This document shows, one piece after another, positions 13,621-27,214 of a stretch of DNA of 64,000 nt; position 1 is the stretch's first letter; every line of letters begins with the position of its first letter. Source of the stretch: Octopus vulgaris (taxonomy: Eukaryota). The notes under the pieces are model-generated. The model worked only from the letters and a program-made list of their open reading frames with translations. It made no database searches and was not told the origin of the DNA. Location: contig OX597818.1 of the NCBI GenBank assembly GCA_951406725.2, positions 119,784,001 to 119,848,000 on the forward strand, in the 5' to 3' direction. The position numbers and the translations under genes were made by a program.

Positions 13621-13920
13621 ATGGCCTAGTGGTTAGAGCAGCGGACTCGCGGTCGAGGGATCGCGGATTCGAATCTCAGACCGGGCGATGTGTGTGTTTA
13701 TAAGCGAAACACCTAAGCTCCACGTGGCTCCGGCTGAAGGTTAATGGCGAACTTCTGCTGACTCTTTCGCCACAACTTTCTCTCACTCTTTCCTCCGGCA
13801 TCTTGAAGCTGACCTGCGACGGACCGACCTCCCGTCCAGGAGGGTAACCTATACACCAAGGAAACCGGGAGACCGGCCCTTATGAACCAAGCATGGCTCG
13901 AGAAGGAACAAACAACAAAC
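13621..13920 (+). mobile_element. SINE family B, tail 3
   Basis: B head, then ctgcgacggaccgacctcccgtccagg..gaaaccggg..ggctcgagaaggaacaaac; tail-only copy at 34441-34523 (-). Confidence 0.85.
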
Positions 13921-14106
13921 ATATTATAATTATGGCTACCCGTTACCTTTACTATTTAGTACGTTCCTTCAGCACAGACTTAAGCCCACTTCTTATATCT
14001 CTTACTTCTAAATTTGTAGGTATGTGAAAGACTTTATAAGCATGTATGTATGTCCACAAATATGAATGTTCGTGTGTATCCATATATATATATATATATA
14101 TATATA

Positions 14107-14495
14107 ACTTATAAACAAGGGCATAAGAAAAATTATTTCTATGCCAATATGCTGATAATAGAATTTAAATCGTCAATTTCCGCATTTCATTATACATTCA
14201 CTATAAATACACGTTGTGCTGAAATCGAGGAAAGCTAGCCAACAATTTTTTTTAAAGTTCGTTATTTCTATATTGAATCAATTTCGGGATTAATCCTATG
14301 GATCCTTCCCTCTTCAGTAGATAAGAAATAAATGAAATACTTACACGCACTCATGGAAAAAAAAGCATAAGCAAGAGTCGTGAGTACACATAAGTATCCC
14401 AGTTATATCTAAATGTTAAATCCTTTAGCCAGCCTCACACCTCCGTGATTACGCGTCGTGATGCTATGAACCATTAAGCTAAACCGCTTGTGAAT
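14107..14495 (-). mobile_element. Short PLE-derived element carrying the 14267-14321 hammerhead
   Basis: Unique sequence bounded by (TA)n on both sides, with the hammerhead motif about 160 nt from the TA-abutting end. Confidence 0.5.
14267..14321 (-). ncRNA. Type I hammerhead ribozyme motif with intact core
   Basis: Minus strand: TCTA-CTGAAGA-GGGA(aggatccataggattaa)TCCC-GAAA-TTGATTCAA-TA-TAGA. All core residues present, stems I and II pair, near-palindromic stem III. Confidence 0.8.
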
Positions 14496-14624
14496 ATATA
14501 TATATAAACTGTTGTTGAAGGCAGTTTTCTCTTGTTTAAATGTACATTATTTTATATTGAGAATATGTTGTATATTGACTTTTTATACATGCTAGGCCAC
14601 TGGTAGTGACATTTCTAAAAGGCG

Positions 14625-14751
<127 letters not shown>

Positions 14752-14843
14752 TTAAAATAATAAGGGTGAAAAATTGAATATTAATTTGATTAATGTCAAT
14801 TTAAAACCAGTGGTCTAGCATATTGAAAAATCTGAAGATTACA

Positions 14844-15028
14844 TACATATAAGAGAGATGACCACTAAGTGGACATCCATTATGCTAGAAGAAGGCCCCA
14901 ATGATCTTACCACTATGAAAGGCGTTTGCTAAATTTTCTTGGGAACAATCTTTTCTTAGTGGTATGACCATAGGGGTCTACTTCTAGCACAATGGATGTC
15001 CACTTAGTGGCCATCCCTCTTATATGTA
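14844..15028. repeat. Inverted repeat, arms about 56 bp
   Basis: Arms 14844-14899 and 14973-15028, next to (TA)n. Confidence 0.85.
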
Positions 15029-15330
15029 TATATATATATATATATACATAAATACATACATACATACATGCATGCATACATACATACATACATACATACA
15101 TACATACATACATACATACATACATAGGGACAGATTTCTTCAAGGAATACCGGATAAGCCCCCCATACCTGGATACAACTCACTCAACAAGAACTCACTA
15201 TTTGAATGGACCATAAACAAAACTTGACTTAAACAGGCTTTAGATGATCCTATCAGGTGGCGTTATTAAGTTAGACATGGCCTGGACCAATCTTTGGTCG
15301 AAACATATCTAAGTTTCTCTAAGTTTATAC

Positions 15331-15402
<72 letters not shown>

Positions 15403-15736
15403 ATATATGTGTGTGTGTGTGTGTATGTGTATGTATGTATGTATGTATGTATGTATGTATGTATGTATGTATGTATGTATGTATGTATGTATGTGTGTAT
15501 GTATGCATATTTCTGCATTCTGTCCGAAGATGGGGCTGATGATCTATTATCTCAGATCGATTATATTTTATGAGTTTATAATCTATAATTTGTGGATTTT
15601 CATTAATCTTGATTATCGGTTCCTGAAATGGTCGTAACGTATGCCTAATAAACGAAATAGCAACAACGTGTTACCTGTCCTTCTCTCACTGTATAATGCG
15701 GGTGTATTACGCATACAAGTTTATGTAGGTAAACAT

Positions 15737-15809
<73 letters not shown>

Positions 15810-16344
15810 TGTGTGTGTGTACGTGTTATGTGATACTGTCCGTAGGTGTTGAAATTGTTCATCCAGAGGTGAGGTGTCGTGGTTTTGTGGCCACTGGATC
15901 CTACCTGGTTGGCATTAGACTTACAAAAGACAGCAGTGTAGTGATTTGTGCAAAGGAAAGAGAAAAGTAAAATAGGAGATGCTTCATAATGGATACAACA
16001 AACGCATTCTGATAGTAAAAATAGACACAGTTGATGAGGGATCAGTGAATCCAACCTTACAGTTTCTACAGTGATTAGAAAGGATATAATAAATCGTATG
16101 CTACTTAATACTTCAGCACATGAAAAGGAAAATAAATATTGAACTTGTAACCTCTATTTTACGTCGTATGGGCATTGTGAGAGGCTATCCTTTACAACAG
16201 AAACCAAACAGAATGGAGAGATTGCGTAAGCCAATGGAATTATTATATGAAAGAAGAAGTAAGCCGGAAGGCAAGGAGAAGGGCTGAGGAGAAAGAAATG
16301 AGGGGTGGGGAGGGTGAGCTGAGGAGGGGAAAAGAAAGGAGAAA

Positions 16345-16927
16345 TGGATGATGATGATGGCGATCGGAAGGGGGGAGGAGGTGGAAGGAGAAGAAGAAGA
16401 AGAAGAAGAAGAAGAAGATGACGATGATGACGACGACGATGATGATGATGATGAAGATAAAGAAGAAGAAGGAGGAGGGGGGAGAAGAAGAAGAAAAAGA
16501 AGAAGAAGAAGAAGAAGAAGAAGAAGAAGAAGAAGAAGAAGAAGAAAAAGAAGAAGAAGAAGAAGAAGAAGAAGAAGAAGAAGAAGAAGAAAAGAAGAAG
16601 AAAGAAGAAGAAGAAGAAGAAAAGAAGAAGAAAATGAAGAAAAGAAGAAGAAGAAGAAGATGATGAAGAAGAAGAAGATGAAGAAGAAGAAGAAGAAGAA
16701 GAAAAGAAGAAGAAGAAGAAGAAGAAGAAGAAGAAGAAGAAGAAGAAGAAGAAGAAAATGAAGATGAAGAAGAAAATGAAGATAAAGAAGAAGAAAATGA
16801 AGGTAAAGAAGATGAAGATGACGATGATGATGACGATGATGATGACGATGATGAAGAAGAAGAAGAAGAAGAAGAAGAAGAAGAAGAAGAAGAAGAAGAA
16901 GAAGAAGAAGAAGAAGAAGAAGAAGAA
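16345..16927. repeat. (GAA)n/(GAT)n microsatellite
   Basis: Direct reading; similar arrays at 17530-17640, 18607-18862 and 34524-34931. Confidence 0.98.
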
Positions 16928-17639
16928 ATGATAGCGATAGAAAAAAAAACAGAAAGAAAAGAAAGAAAGACAGAAAGAAAAGTAAAAAGAAAGGTTATCT
17001 AGAAATGCGATGCCGAAAAGAACTCCTTGAAAAGACAGAAGCTCGAAGAAAAGATAGAGAAAATGAGAATACCAAGACAAATAAGAAACGAAATAAAACA
17101 TGTATTTTGAACAAAATGCAACCCTCGCATTTTACAGAGGGTTAATAGAGGGCAGGGATAAGGATTGGCCTAAGAATAGTTCTGACCATCGACGTAGAAG
17201 CAATTTACAAATGTAATGTTAGTTTCTGGATGTATTTAATATCAAGGACATTTAAATTTTATTGTTTGTTAACCCAGCATTCAACGGAGAATAAATATGC
17301 AGATCGTACGAAAGCAGGAATATGCAAATACGCATTACCAGGTCAGGGTTAAATAATATACAAACCTATCGGGAAAGGTAAGAAGCTTGTTTGCCATCCG
17401 CATGGTTTCGGGTTCTGTCCCTCCACTTTCGTGACGACGCGTGACGCAGCCTCGGGGGTCGACCAAAACCTTTACAGTGGATTGAATTTTTTTTTTTTTT
17501 GGTGGACAGAAAGCATGTGGATGATTTTGATGATGATGATGATGACGATGATGATGATTGAGATGAAGAAGAAGAGAAGAAGAAGAAGAAGAAGAAGAAG
17601 AAGAAGAAGAAGAAGAAGAAGAAGAAGAAGAAGAAGAAG

Positions 17640-18041
17640 ATTCTTTTCTACTCTAGAAACAAGGGCCCGAAATTTCGGGGGAGGCGTCCAGTCGATTAGA
17701 TCGACCCCAGTGCGTAACTGGTACTTAATTTATCGACCCCGAAAGTATGAAAGGCAAAGTCGGCCTCGGCGGAATTTGAACTCAGAACGTAACGGCAGAC
17801 GAAATACCTATTTCTTTACTACCCACAAGGGACTAAACACAGAGGGGACAAACAAGGACAGACAAACGGATTAAGTCGATTGTATCGACCTCAGTGTGTA
17901 ACTGGTACTTATTTAATCGACCCCGAAAGGATGAAAGGCAAAGTTGACCTCGGCGGAATTTGAACTCAGAACGTAGCGGCAGACGAAATACTGCTAAGCA
18001 TTTCGCCCGACGTGCTAACGTTTCTGCCAGCTCGCACCTTA
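17640..18041 (-). mobile_element. SINE family C dimer (tail 1 then tail 2)
   Basis: Two bodies joined at gacgaaatac|ctatttctttactaccc. Confidence 0.9.
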
Positions 18042-18893
18042 AATTGCCTATATATAGCTATACAAATGGTTAAATGAGTGTTTAACTAGTTTTACTAATG
18101 TGGTGTAGTATATTAGTCAGGTGCTAAAATAATTTTCATTTCTTCTTAAAGTAAGAAACACAACTCTAGGCATGTTTCGGCCTTATAATGATCTCTGCAA
18201 TGCCTGAAGCATACTTTTTACTGAATTTCACCAAGTGATGATGAAAGAATAATTAATTAATTGTATAATACTGGACATTGGTTTGGTAAGAAAAGAGAAT
18301 TGTTTAATGAATAAGTCATTTAGTAATGTCATCTGCATGAAAACCGGTAGCATTTATGTGATCACTGGATCAGCTGGAAATAACAGCCAAATTTCTATAA
18401 AATTAATCGTTACTGTCGAAAACAAAAGACAAATGTCGGATAACGTTTTCCTAGTTTAGACAAATACATCTTAGAATAAAATGAGTTGTTCATAGTTTGA
18501 ACACCTTTGGTCATTGATCAAATTTATCAGGGTTGAGCATTGGACAACAACGGACAACAACAACAATAGTTAAATGCCAGTCTCTCGCGGTCTACTTTTC
18601 CTTTCTCATCATCATCATCATCATTATCATCATCATCATCTTCTTCTTCTTCTTCTTCTTCTTCTTCTTCTTCTTCTTCTTCTTCTTCTTCTTCTTCTTC
18701 TTCTTCTTCTTCTTCTCCTTCTTCTTCTTCTTCTTCTTCTTCTTCTTCTTCTTCTTCTTCTTCTTCTTCTTCTTCTTCTTCCAATTCTTCTTCTTCTTCT
18801 TCTTCTTCTTCTTCTTCTTCTTCTTCTTCTTCTTCTTCTTCTTCTTCCAATTCTTCTTCTTCTTAATGCAAATTTCTTGAGAAATTATAAGGT

Positions 18894-19360
18894 ATGGCGA
18901 AGTGGTTAAGAAGCTCGCCTTGCGCAACGTGAGTTCAGTCCCACTATGCAGCACCTTGAGCAAATGTTTTTCACTACAGCCCAGGTCGACCAACCTTGTT
19001 ATTGAATTTGGTTGACGAAAACTGTGTGGAAGCCCCTCGTATATATATGCGCGGGTGTGTGTGTGTATTGTGTCTGCATGCATGTATATGTATGTGTATT
19101 TTGTTTGCGTACATGTATGTGTGTGTGTGTGTGTGTATGTGTTTGTGTGTGTGTGTGTTTGTCCCTCAGCGTCGCTTCACAGACGGTGTTGGTTTCTTGG
19201 CATCCAAATAAATTAGCGGTTCGGCATAAGAGCCCGACAAAGTAAGTACCAGATTAGCAAAAAAAAGAGTAACACGTACTGGATTCCATTTGTTCGACGA
19301 AACACTTCAAGACAGCGCCTCTAGCATGGACACAATCCAAAGACCGAAAGAAGTCAAAGA
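18894..19360 (+). mobile_element. SINE family A, diverged
   Basis: Same module order with many substitutions. Confidence 0.7.
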
Positions 19361-19378
19361 AAAATGTACATATTTAAT

Positions 19379-19781
19379 ATTCCTTTCTACTCTAGACACA
19401 AGGCCCGAAATTTTGGGTCAGGGGACCAGTCGATTAGATCGACCCCAGTACGCAACTGGTACTTAATTTATCGATCTCCGAAAGGATGAAAGGCAAAGTC
19501 GACCTCGGTGGAATTCGAACTCAGAGCATAAAGACAGACGAAATATCTATTTCTTTACTACCCACAAGGGGCTAAACACAGAGAGGACAAACAAGGACAG
19601 ACAAACGGATTAAGTTGATTATATCGACCTCAGTGCGTAACTGGTACTTATTTAATCGACCCCGAAAGGATGAAAGGCGAAGTCGATCTCGGCGGAATTT
19701 GAACTCAGAACGTAGCGGCAGACGAAAAACCGCTAAGCATTTCGCCCGGTCTGCTAATGTTTCTGCCAGCTCGCCGCCTTA
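19379..19781 (-). mobile_element. SINE family C dimer
   Basis: Same junction as 17640-18041; flanked by tacatWtWWtaatatt-like duplication. Confidence 0.9.
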
Positions 19782-19984
19782 TATACATTTAATATTACAC
19801 GAGTTAATACTCTCATAAAACTAATACACCAGCAGCCGAGCGTGTCTGAGAAGTATTCGACTATGGCATGCATTCATCTGCCAGTAACCTTATATCAAAC
19901 AGTTTCTATCCTAAGGCAAGTGACATGTAAAAGCTATTATGTATAGGATAATATCAGCCACCGGCAATGTCCATGGTGAAGACT

Positions 19985-20369
19985 GGAGGCGCAATGGCTC
20001 AGTGGTTAGAGCAGCGGACTCGCGGTCATAGGATCGCGGTTTCGATTCCCAGACCGGGCGTTGTGAGTGTTTATTGAGCGAAAACACCTAAAGCTCCACG
20101 AGGCTCCGGCAGGGGGTGGTGGTGATCCCTGCTGTACTCTTTCACCACAACTTTCTCTCACTCTTACTTCCTGTTTCTGTTGTACCTGTATTTCAAAGGG
20201 CCGGCCTTGTCACTCTCTGTGTCACGCTGAATATCCCCGAGAACAACGTTAAGGGTACACGTGTCTGTGGAGTGCTCAGTCCACTTACACGTTAATTTCA
20301 CGAGCAGGCTGTTCCGTTGATTCGGATCAACCGGAACCCTCATCGTCGTAACCGACGGAGTGCTTCTCC
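19985..20369 (+). mobile_element. SINE family B, tail 1
   Basis: Full length; TSD ccatggtgaaga at 19971 and 20370. Confidence 0.9.
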
Positions 20370-20667
20370 CCATGGTGAAGATTGTTCGTTTGCATTCCTT
20401 TAACAAGGAGCATCAATGGTTTTGTTTGGTTTTATGGGTTTTTTAGTTTTGTTTTTGTTTTTGTTCCCTGGTGGCTACGGCAAATGTTGGCATGAAGTGG
20501 TCGAGGTTGAAGAAATAAATCAAGACATTTTTCTTATATTTCCTATTCTTTTCTGGGTAAAAAGCTTTATCAATTCCTAGAAATATCACTTCAAGCGGAT
20601 TAAAAATAAATGTCTCACCCCTTAATTTTGCACGTACACTGGGTTAAGCGGAAAAAATTGTAGCCAG

Positions 20668-21027
20668 TGGCGAGCTAGTAGAAACGTTAGCACGCCGGGG
20701 GAAATGCGTAGCCGTATTTCGTCTGCCGTTACGTTCTGAGTTCAAATTCCGCCGAGGTCGACTTTGCCTTTCATCCTTTCGGTCGATAAATTAAGTACCA
20801 GTTACGCACTGGGGTCGATGTAATCGAATTAATCCGTTTGTCTGTCCTTGTTTGTCCCCTCTGTGTTTAGCCCCTTGAGGGTAGTAAAGAAATAGGTATT
20901 TCGTCAGTCTCTACGTTTTGAGTTCAAATTCTGTCGAGTCAACTTTGTCTTTCATCCTTTCAAGGTCGATGAATCAAGTACCAGTTGTGTACTGGGGTCG
21001 ATCTAACCGACTGGTCCCCTCCCCAAA
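20668..21027 (+). mobile_element. SINE family C dimer
   Basis: Junction ..gtagtaaagaaatag|gtatttcgtc. Confidence 0.9.
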
Positions 21028-21234
21028 AAATATTGTTTAACTGTATTTGCTTATTTATTTAACTATTATCATTAACCTAAAGATTGACTATAATTTTAGT
21101 TCGAATTTAAACTTAATTGTAATTGTAATTTAATTATAGCAATGAAACGTACATAGTGTTTTTACATATTATATTATATTTATCATTCTTTTTATACTTT
21201 TTGAAAAAAAATTTAAATTTTAAATTTTATATAT

Positions 21235-21606
21235 CATCATCATCATCATCGTTTAACGTCCGTTTTCCGCGCTAGCACGGGTTGGACGGTTCGACCGGGG
21301 TCTGGGAAGCCGGGGGCTGCACCAGAGTTGGACGGTTCGACCGGGGTCTGGGAAGCCGGGGGCTGCACCAGGCTCCAGTCTGATCTGGCAGAGTTTCTAC
21401 AGCTGGATGCTCTTCCTAACGCCAACCATTCCGCGAGTGTAGTGGGTACTTTTTACGTGCCACCTGCACAGGTGCCAGGGGGGTCCGGCGTCAGCCACGA
21501 TCGGTTGGTGCTTTTAACGTGCCACCGGCACAGAAGCCAGTCGATGCAGCGCTGGCATCGGCCACGTTCGGATGGTGCTTTTTATGTGCCACCGGCACAG
21601 AAGCCA
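21235..21606 (-). mobile_element. GC-rich retroposon 3' part with (GAT)n tail and internal repeats
   Basis: Minus strand ggttggcgttaggaagagcatccagctgtagaaa tail motif; tandem duplication of about 46 bp; three tttaYgtgccacc repeats. Confidence 0.7.
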
Positions 21607-21808
21607 ATATATATTATATTATATTAATTATATTTATATTATTTGTTATTTATGTATTGGTTTATGTCTATCACTGTTTGAGTTGCCTAATAATGGCTTT
21701 ATCTCTAATTCATATTTTATATATCTATACTGTGAAATTTGATTTAATCCTAAATCTAATTTTTCCCTGTAAGTCTGGAGCCATACTCCCTAAGATAGAT
21801 ATATATAT

Positions 21809-21996
21809 AACGGGAAGCTTTGTGAAAATAGACAAAAGACGAAGGCAGGTTTACGGAAATAAACAAAAGACGAAGGCAGGTGGAATACAAACAAACAATT
21901 GTATTAGTATGGCTCTCAGGAAATATAAATAAAACAAGTCTTTAACGTTTCGACAGAAAGATACACAGAGAAAAAATACAGAAAGAAGGAGAGAAA

Positions 21997-22003
<7 letters not shown>
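21809..22003 (-). mobile_element. Family D element with stem II deleted
   Basis: Near-identical to the 2470-2656 copy; internal duplication of acaaaagacgaaggcaggt; flanked by TA repeats. Confidence 0.75.
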
Positions 22004-22038
<35 letters not shown>

Positions 22039-22083
22039 ACGATTTTAAATTCAATTACCTGGCTCACGGATATCTCAACTCAT

Positions 22084-22350
22084 TTAGTGAGAACCCTGTG
22101 CCTGGTGCATATGGCAAAGATCCTTGAGATGAGGAGACAATTTCGTTAACTTCAGCCGTAAATCTCCACGTTTTGTAATTTCAAGCCGGTTTCTCTTGGC
22201 TTCCAGCAAATTATCAACTGCACTGAATTCGACTAAGTAAGACAAAGGAATCAATAGTTCTCTTGGACAATAGATATTGAAACAGAGAAACAAACGCCTA
22301 ACAAATGCAGATCCCTCACTCTGTACGCTGATTGATCGTAGCTTCATCGA
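22084..22350 (-). pseudogene. hAT (Buster/Charlie-type) transposase C-terminal remnant
   Basis: LLIPLSYLVEFSAVDNLLEAKRNRLEITKRGDLRLKLTKLSPHLKDLCHMHQAQGSH* matches the hAT dimerisation-domain end. A likely TIR (cagtgtttcccaa, minus strand) ends at 23173 next to gtctaaac. Confidence 0.8.
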
Positions 22351-22369
22351 TTCCCATGATTTATATATA

Positions 22370-22775
22370 GGCGCAGGAGTGGCTGTGTGGTAAGCATCTT
22401 GCTTACCAGCCACATTGTTCCGGGTTCAGTCCCACTGCGTGGCACCTTGGGCAAGTGTCTTCTACAATATCCTCGGGCTGACCAAAGCTTTGTGAGTGGA
22501 TTTGGTAGACGGAAACTGAAAGAAGCCTGTCGTATATATGTATATGCATATATATGTATGTGTGTGTGTGTGTTTTGGGTGTCTGTGTCTCTCCCCCCAA
22601 CATCGCTTGACAACCTATGCTGATGTGTTTACATTCCCGTAACTTAGCGGTTCGACAAAAAAGACCGATAGAATAAGTACTAGGCTTAGAAAGAATAAGT
22701 CCTGAGGTCGATTTGCTTGACTAAAGGCGGTGCTCCAGCATGGCCGCAGTTAAATGACTGAAACAACTAAAAGAC
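22370..22775 (+). mobile_element. SINE family A
   Basis: Full length. Confidence 0.9.
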
Positions 22776-23671
22776 AGAGCAAAGAATATATTGCGTAGCG
22801 ATGTTTCTTCTTTATTTCAAAAGCAATTTCTAATTTTAAAAAGTTGTAGCTTTAATATCTTTAACGACCATGTTGAAATACAAGTGTCTGAGTACGGAGA
22901 ATAGTGTGCAGAGTGAGTTGTGAAACAAACCGGAAGTTATGCTCCAGACAGACAGACATTTTATTTAACAATCATCATTATTATAAAGATAAAGATTTTT
23001 ATAAAGATTTACATATCAACGAGCTCAAAAACTGACTAACACAAGATAGCTCGATGTCCAGAGATAAGCTTAAGGACGACACGTGTGCACTCAAGTCACT
23101 TGCAAAAGTTTTCACAACCCACGTTAACGCACGCTCCATCGGTGGGGCGTATACCCCACGTTGGGAAACACTGGTCTAAACCCTTCAATGTGGTGCCCTA
23201 GCATGGCCACAGCCGAATAACTGGAAAATGAAAAAGAAAAAAATGTTACCTTAGACGAAATTTCAACCGTTGCAGTGACCGACCGTTCTCTACTGATGTT
23301 GGGTAAAAAAAAAATTCTGAACAATTTGATGTGGGAGACTACAGGTATGTGGAATCGAACTTTCTCGTCTTTCCTAGTACAAGCCTTCCTTAATGGTTTC
23401 ATTCGCAGTTTGCGAAGAAAGAATACTTTCCTGTTGACCTTTTTATCTCTATTCTGTCGTTGTGTCATTGAGTAAGGCAGCATGAAAGGTATTCTGGTTT
23501 GTTGCTATCGTTAATTATCTTTCGTTAACGTCAGGGACGATTCACTGCTTCCATAATACGACGTCAGAATGAACAAGCTTTTTCAATATTGATCTTAAGA
23601 AGTGAGCTAAACCGATGAGTGCTAAGAAGGGTTTTCTTGTATACACACCTACATGAATGTGTATATATATG

Positions 23672-23749
<78 letters not shown>

Positions 23750-23827
23750 TATATAGATATATATATATATAGATATAAATATATATATATATACGTCTGT
23801 GTATGTGGGCGTGTTTATGCTTATAAG

Positions 23828-23934
<107 letters not shown>

Positions 23935-24000
23935 TATATATATAGATATAGATATATATATATATACGTCTGTGTATGTGGGTGTGTTTATGCATATAAG

Positions 24001-24036
<36 letters not shown>

Positions 24037-24038
<2 letters not shown>

Positions 24039-24169
24039 GAAGTAAACACATAAATGTGAAACAAGGTGGAAAAAAGAGTACTTAAATACCAGTGGTAGAG
24101 TAATATGCTTTATTTAAAGCAGCAGAAAATTCAACAAAATTTGTTGATTTTTCTGCTGCTCTAAATAAA

Positions 24170-24173
<4 letters not shown>
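24037..24173. mobile_element. Short hairpin-ended element in (TA)n
   Basis: Hairpin 24105-24173; the same terminus ttgttgaatttctgctgcttttaaataaagta recurs at about 40101-40133. Confidence 0.6.
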
Positions 24174-24201
<28 letters not shown>

Positions 24202-24234
24202 GTCTGCGTATGTGGGTGGGTTTATGCATATAAG

Positions 24235-24268
<34 letters not shown>

Positions 24269-24271
<3 letters not shown>

Positions 24272-24648
24272 ATATAAACGGCAGTTTGTCTGTGCGTGTT
24301 TCTGTGTGTCTGTTTTCTCGTACCCTCACCCTGACCACGGCTTTCAACCGATTCTGATGAAACTTGACACACACATAGCCCAATGTCATAATTCAAAACT
24401 AACGCAGCGAAAATTTTGAAAAGTTCCCCCAGTTCTGAAAAAATCGATAAATTCGACATGGGGTCGAGAATAAAAAAAAACAAACCACAGACTGTCTAGG
24501 GGACGCAACTCAACCTTTTTTACTCTCAAAAAAAAATTTACCATCATTTTTTTTTCCATTTTTTTGCTATTTTTTGGCTATAACTCTCTAAAAATGCTTT
24601 ATAGTTATTTCCCTTACAAACCTGAGCAACGCCGGGCGATACTGCTAG
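24269..24648 (+). mobile_element. Non-autonomous Helitron
   Basis: 5' TC, 3' GC-rich hairpin cctgagcaacgccggg then CTAG, inserted between A and T in (TA)n, no TSD. Confidence 0.8.
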
Positions 24649-24717
<69 letters not shown>

Positions 24718-25052
24718 ACGTATATGTATACATATATATATATGTATTACATAATCACGTTATTGTGAACATATGTAGGTAGGTGTGCAATTGTGTGGGT
24801 ATGTAGGTGTGTCTGTATGTACATTTATGTGTGCGCGAGTATGTGTATGTACTTATACGTATACATATGTATACACACACACATATATATATGTATATAT
24901 TACATGATAACGTTCTTTTTAACATATGTGGGTATATGTGTGCAATTGTGTGAGTGTGTAAGTGTGTGTGCGTGCGTGTATGTGTGTGGAGGGACTTCGA
25001 TATGTCTTGGAAAGGTTTTATTAATCCCATTTCAGATTTTATATAAATATAT

Positions 25053-25284
25053 ATTTCTTTACTACCCACAAGGGGCTAAATATAGAGGGGACAAACAAGG
25101 ACAGACAAATGGATTAAGTCGATTACATCGACCCCAGTGCGTAACTGGTACTTTATTTATCGACCCCGAAAGGATGAAAGGCAAAGTCTACCTCGGCGGA
25201 ATTTGAACTCAGAACGTAACGTCAGACGAACTACCGCTAAGCATTTCGCCCGGCGCACTAACGTTTCTGCCAGCTCGCCGCCTT
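25053..25284 (-). mobile_element. SINE family C monomer, tail 1
   Basis: Flanked by tatataaatatat duplication. Confidence 0.9.
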
Positions 25285-25399
25285 ATTATATAAATATATT
25301 TGATATAAATATATTTGATTCTGCACCACGTTCTTAGTTCCTTCATCTAATATTTATAAACATTATCATCATCATCATCACCAACATCATCATCATCAT

Positions 25400-26732
25400 T
25401 AATATTATTATTCTATTGTCTTTGCACAGCTTCTAACGCTAGAGATGTACTAGTGTCAGCTGTTCACTACCAATGAACTAAGTGAACACTTATTTTTCGA
25501 GCACCATCCGGAGTATTCGAGCGGTTCCAAGCAGTGCTATTTTCAGCGAGTGCTCCAACCTTATTGCAGCCCCTATTTGTTCCATGTACTTCTCAAGATT
25601 TTTACTCACTGTACCCAGGGCTCCGACATTTATTGGTACTACTACCACCTTTTTCATCGACCACAACTGCTTAACTTCCCAAGCTAACCTGTCATATCTC
25701 TCGACTTTTCTTTCTTTGCTATCGCATACCTTGTTGTCAGTTGGGCATTCTATATTTGTGATCCAGCATCGTTTGTTTTCTTTCTCAATTAACACTATGT
25801 TTTGTTTCCTATTCTCTATCTCATGGTCGCAATGAATCATAAAATCCCATGGGGGCTTTGCATTTCTATTTACGACGATGCCTTCAGGTTTGTGGTCGTG
25901 CCAAATTTTTGCTCTGTCAAGTTCATACTTGTTGCAAAGTGTCCAATGGACATTCCTTGCTATGTTGTCTTGACATCTCATATTCTTTCTGGACAAGTGG
26001 CGTACATTGAGTGGTAATATGCCATGCGGTTTCACCATTTTGACCACAAATTCTCCCCTTATCATTTTCTGATGTGTTATCTATTCTGTATTTGATGTAA
26101 TCCGTTCTTAGTGCTTGCTCTTGGGCAGTACAGATTACAGTCTCCGTTTCCGGTTTTAATTAGCCATCTTTTTATCTCTGTCTGTCTGTCTTATCTTCAA
26201 CATCTCTATAAAATTGTGCCTGCATTCTTTTCTTTACCCACCTATTTTCACTTTCATTCATTCTCAAATTCTTATACAGTGCTTTGTCTTTGCAATATTC
26301 CATCCCACACAAGCCTAACCTTCTTACTTCTAGTAATAGCGGTTCTGTGGCATTTTTTACATACCATGCTATGTTGTTTTCTTCCGCTCTAATACTGGGT
26401 TCGCATCCAATCAATCTTTTCCCCCCTCTTTTACTTGGTACATACAGTCTGTCTGTGTCACTTTTTGGGTGGAGTGACCCATATCTAGTTAGCAATTTCC
26501 TTGTCTTTCTGTCTAAGCTGTATAGTTCGTCGACTGTCCATGCGACTACTCCTGCTCCATATCTAAGGAGTGAAACCGCCCGGGTGTTGACAGCTTCATT
26601 CTTATTCCGTCCGTTTAATTTCGACTTGAGGATCAGTCTCAGTCTGCGTAAGTACTCCACCTTAAATTTTTCCGTCATTTCTTTCTCCATCAATTTATCC
26701 ATTTCCAATATCCCCAAGTATTCATAGACCAA
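25400..26732 (-). mobile_element. Dong/R4-clade non-LTR retrotransposon, 5'-truncated and frameshifted (RT thumb plus restriction-like endonuclease)
   Basis: ORF 26172-26732 (YEYLGI..EYLRRLRLILKSKLNGRNK..AVN..LRYGAGVVAW..LDRKTRKLL..HPKSDTDRLYV..GG) and ORF 25490-26065 (DNIARNVHW..WDF..K.ERYDRLAWEVKQLW..VVPINVGALG..ALLGTARILR). 3' end abuts TAA/TGA repeats. Confidence 0.9.
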
Positions 26733-26992
26733 ACACGAAAATGATGAGTAACGCCAGGAAGAAATACTGAATGGATATAGAAAGAGGAATAGGAAGAGAT
26801 GAGAAAATGTTGACCGGCAAGCTAAGCGTCCGGTGGCGAAAAGGCAGAGAGATGAGAAAATTAGTCATGGGTCACGTGTGGGCAGTAGATAGACGAGAGA
26901 GAGAAAAAGGAAGGGAGAGAGAAGGTGCGTATATTTCTAGCAAATTTTTACATAGACGTATATGTGCGTATGAGTGTGTGTGAGAGCTTGCT

Positions 26993-27054
<62 letters not shown>

Positions 27055-27214
27055 AAGAAGAAGATTAAGTTGCGACATCAATGTGACTTCGAAAGGTTTT
27101 ATCAAGCATTTAGAATATCATGATATCCTGAAAGTACATAGATATTTAATAGAAATATATATGTAATCATATATTACATATTTTTTATTCTCAGTTTTTT
27201 TTAATTATTATTTT

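Noticed and set aside
15270-15315. Hammerhead-like GACCA/TGGTC-GAAA-CA-TA with TTAGA/TCTAA stem
   Set aside because: No recognisable CUGANGA; possibly a decayed motif but unsupported. The same applies to half-motifs near 2415-2445, 18160-18185 and 61050-61080.
16154-17101. Poly-E/K/R/F ORFs (also 18527-19083 and 34326-35114)
   Set aside because: (GAA)n microsatellites; only the last about 25 aa of ORF 34399-35016 are real LINE sequence.
17269-17351. piggyBac-like mini element (TTAA-CCC..GGG-TTAA)
   Set aside because: Only 3-4 bp of terminal complementarity and a single copy.
21440-21606. CRISPR-like repeat-spacer pattern
   Set aside because: Only three degenerate repeats with related spacers inside a eukaryotic retroposon; no cas genes.
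24350-24365. CTGATGAAAC in the Helitron
   Set aside because: No stem II between the core halves; part of an internal Helitron motif.
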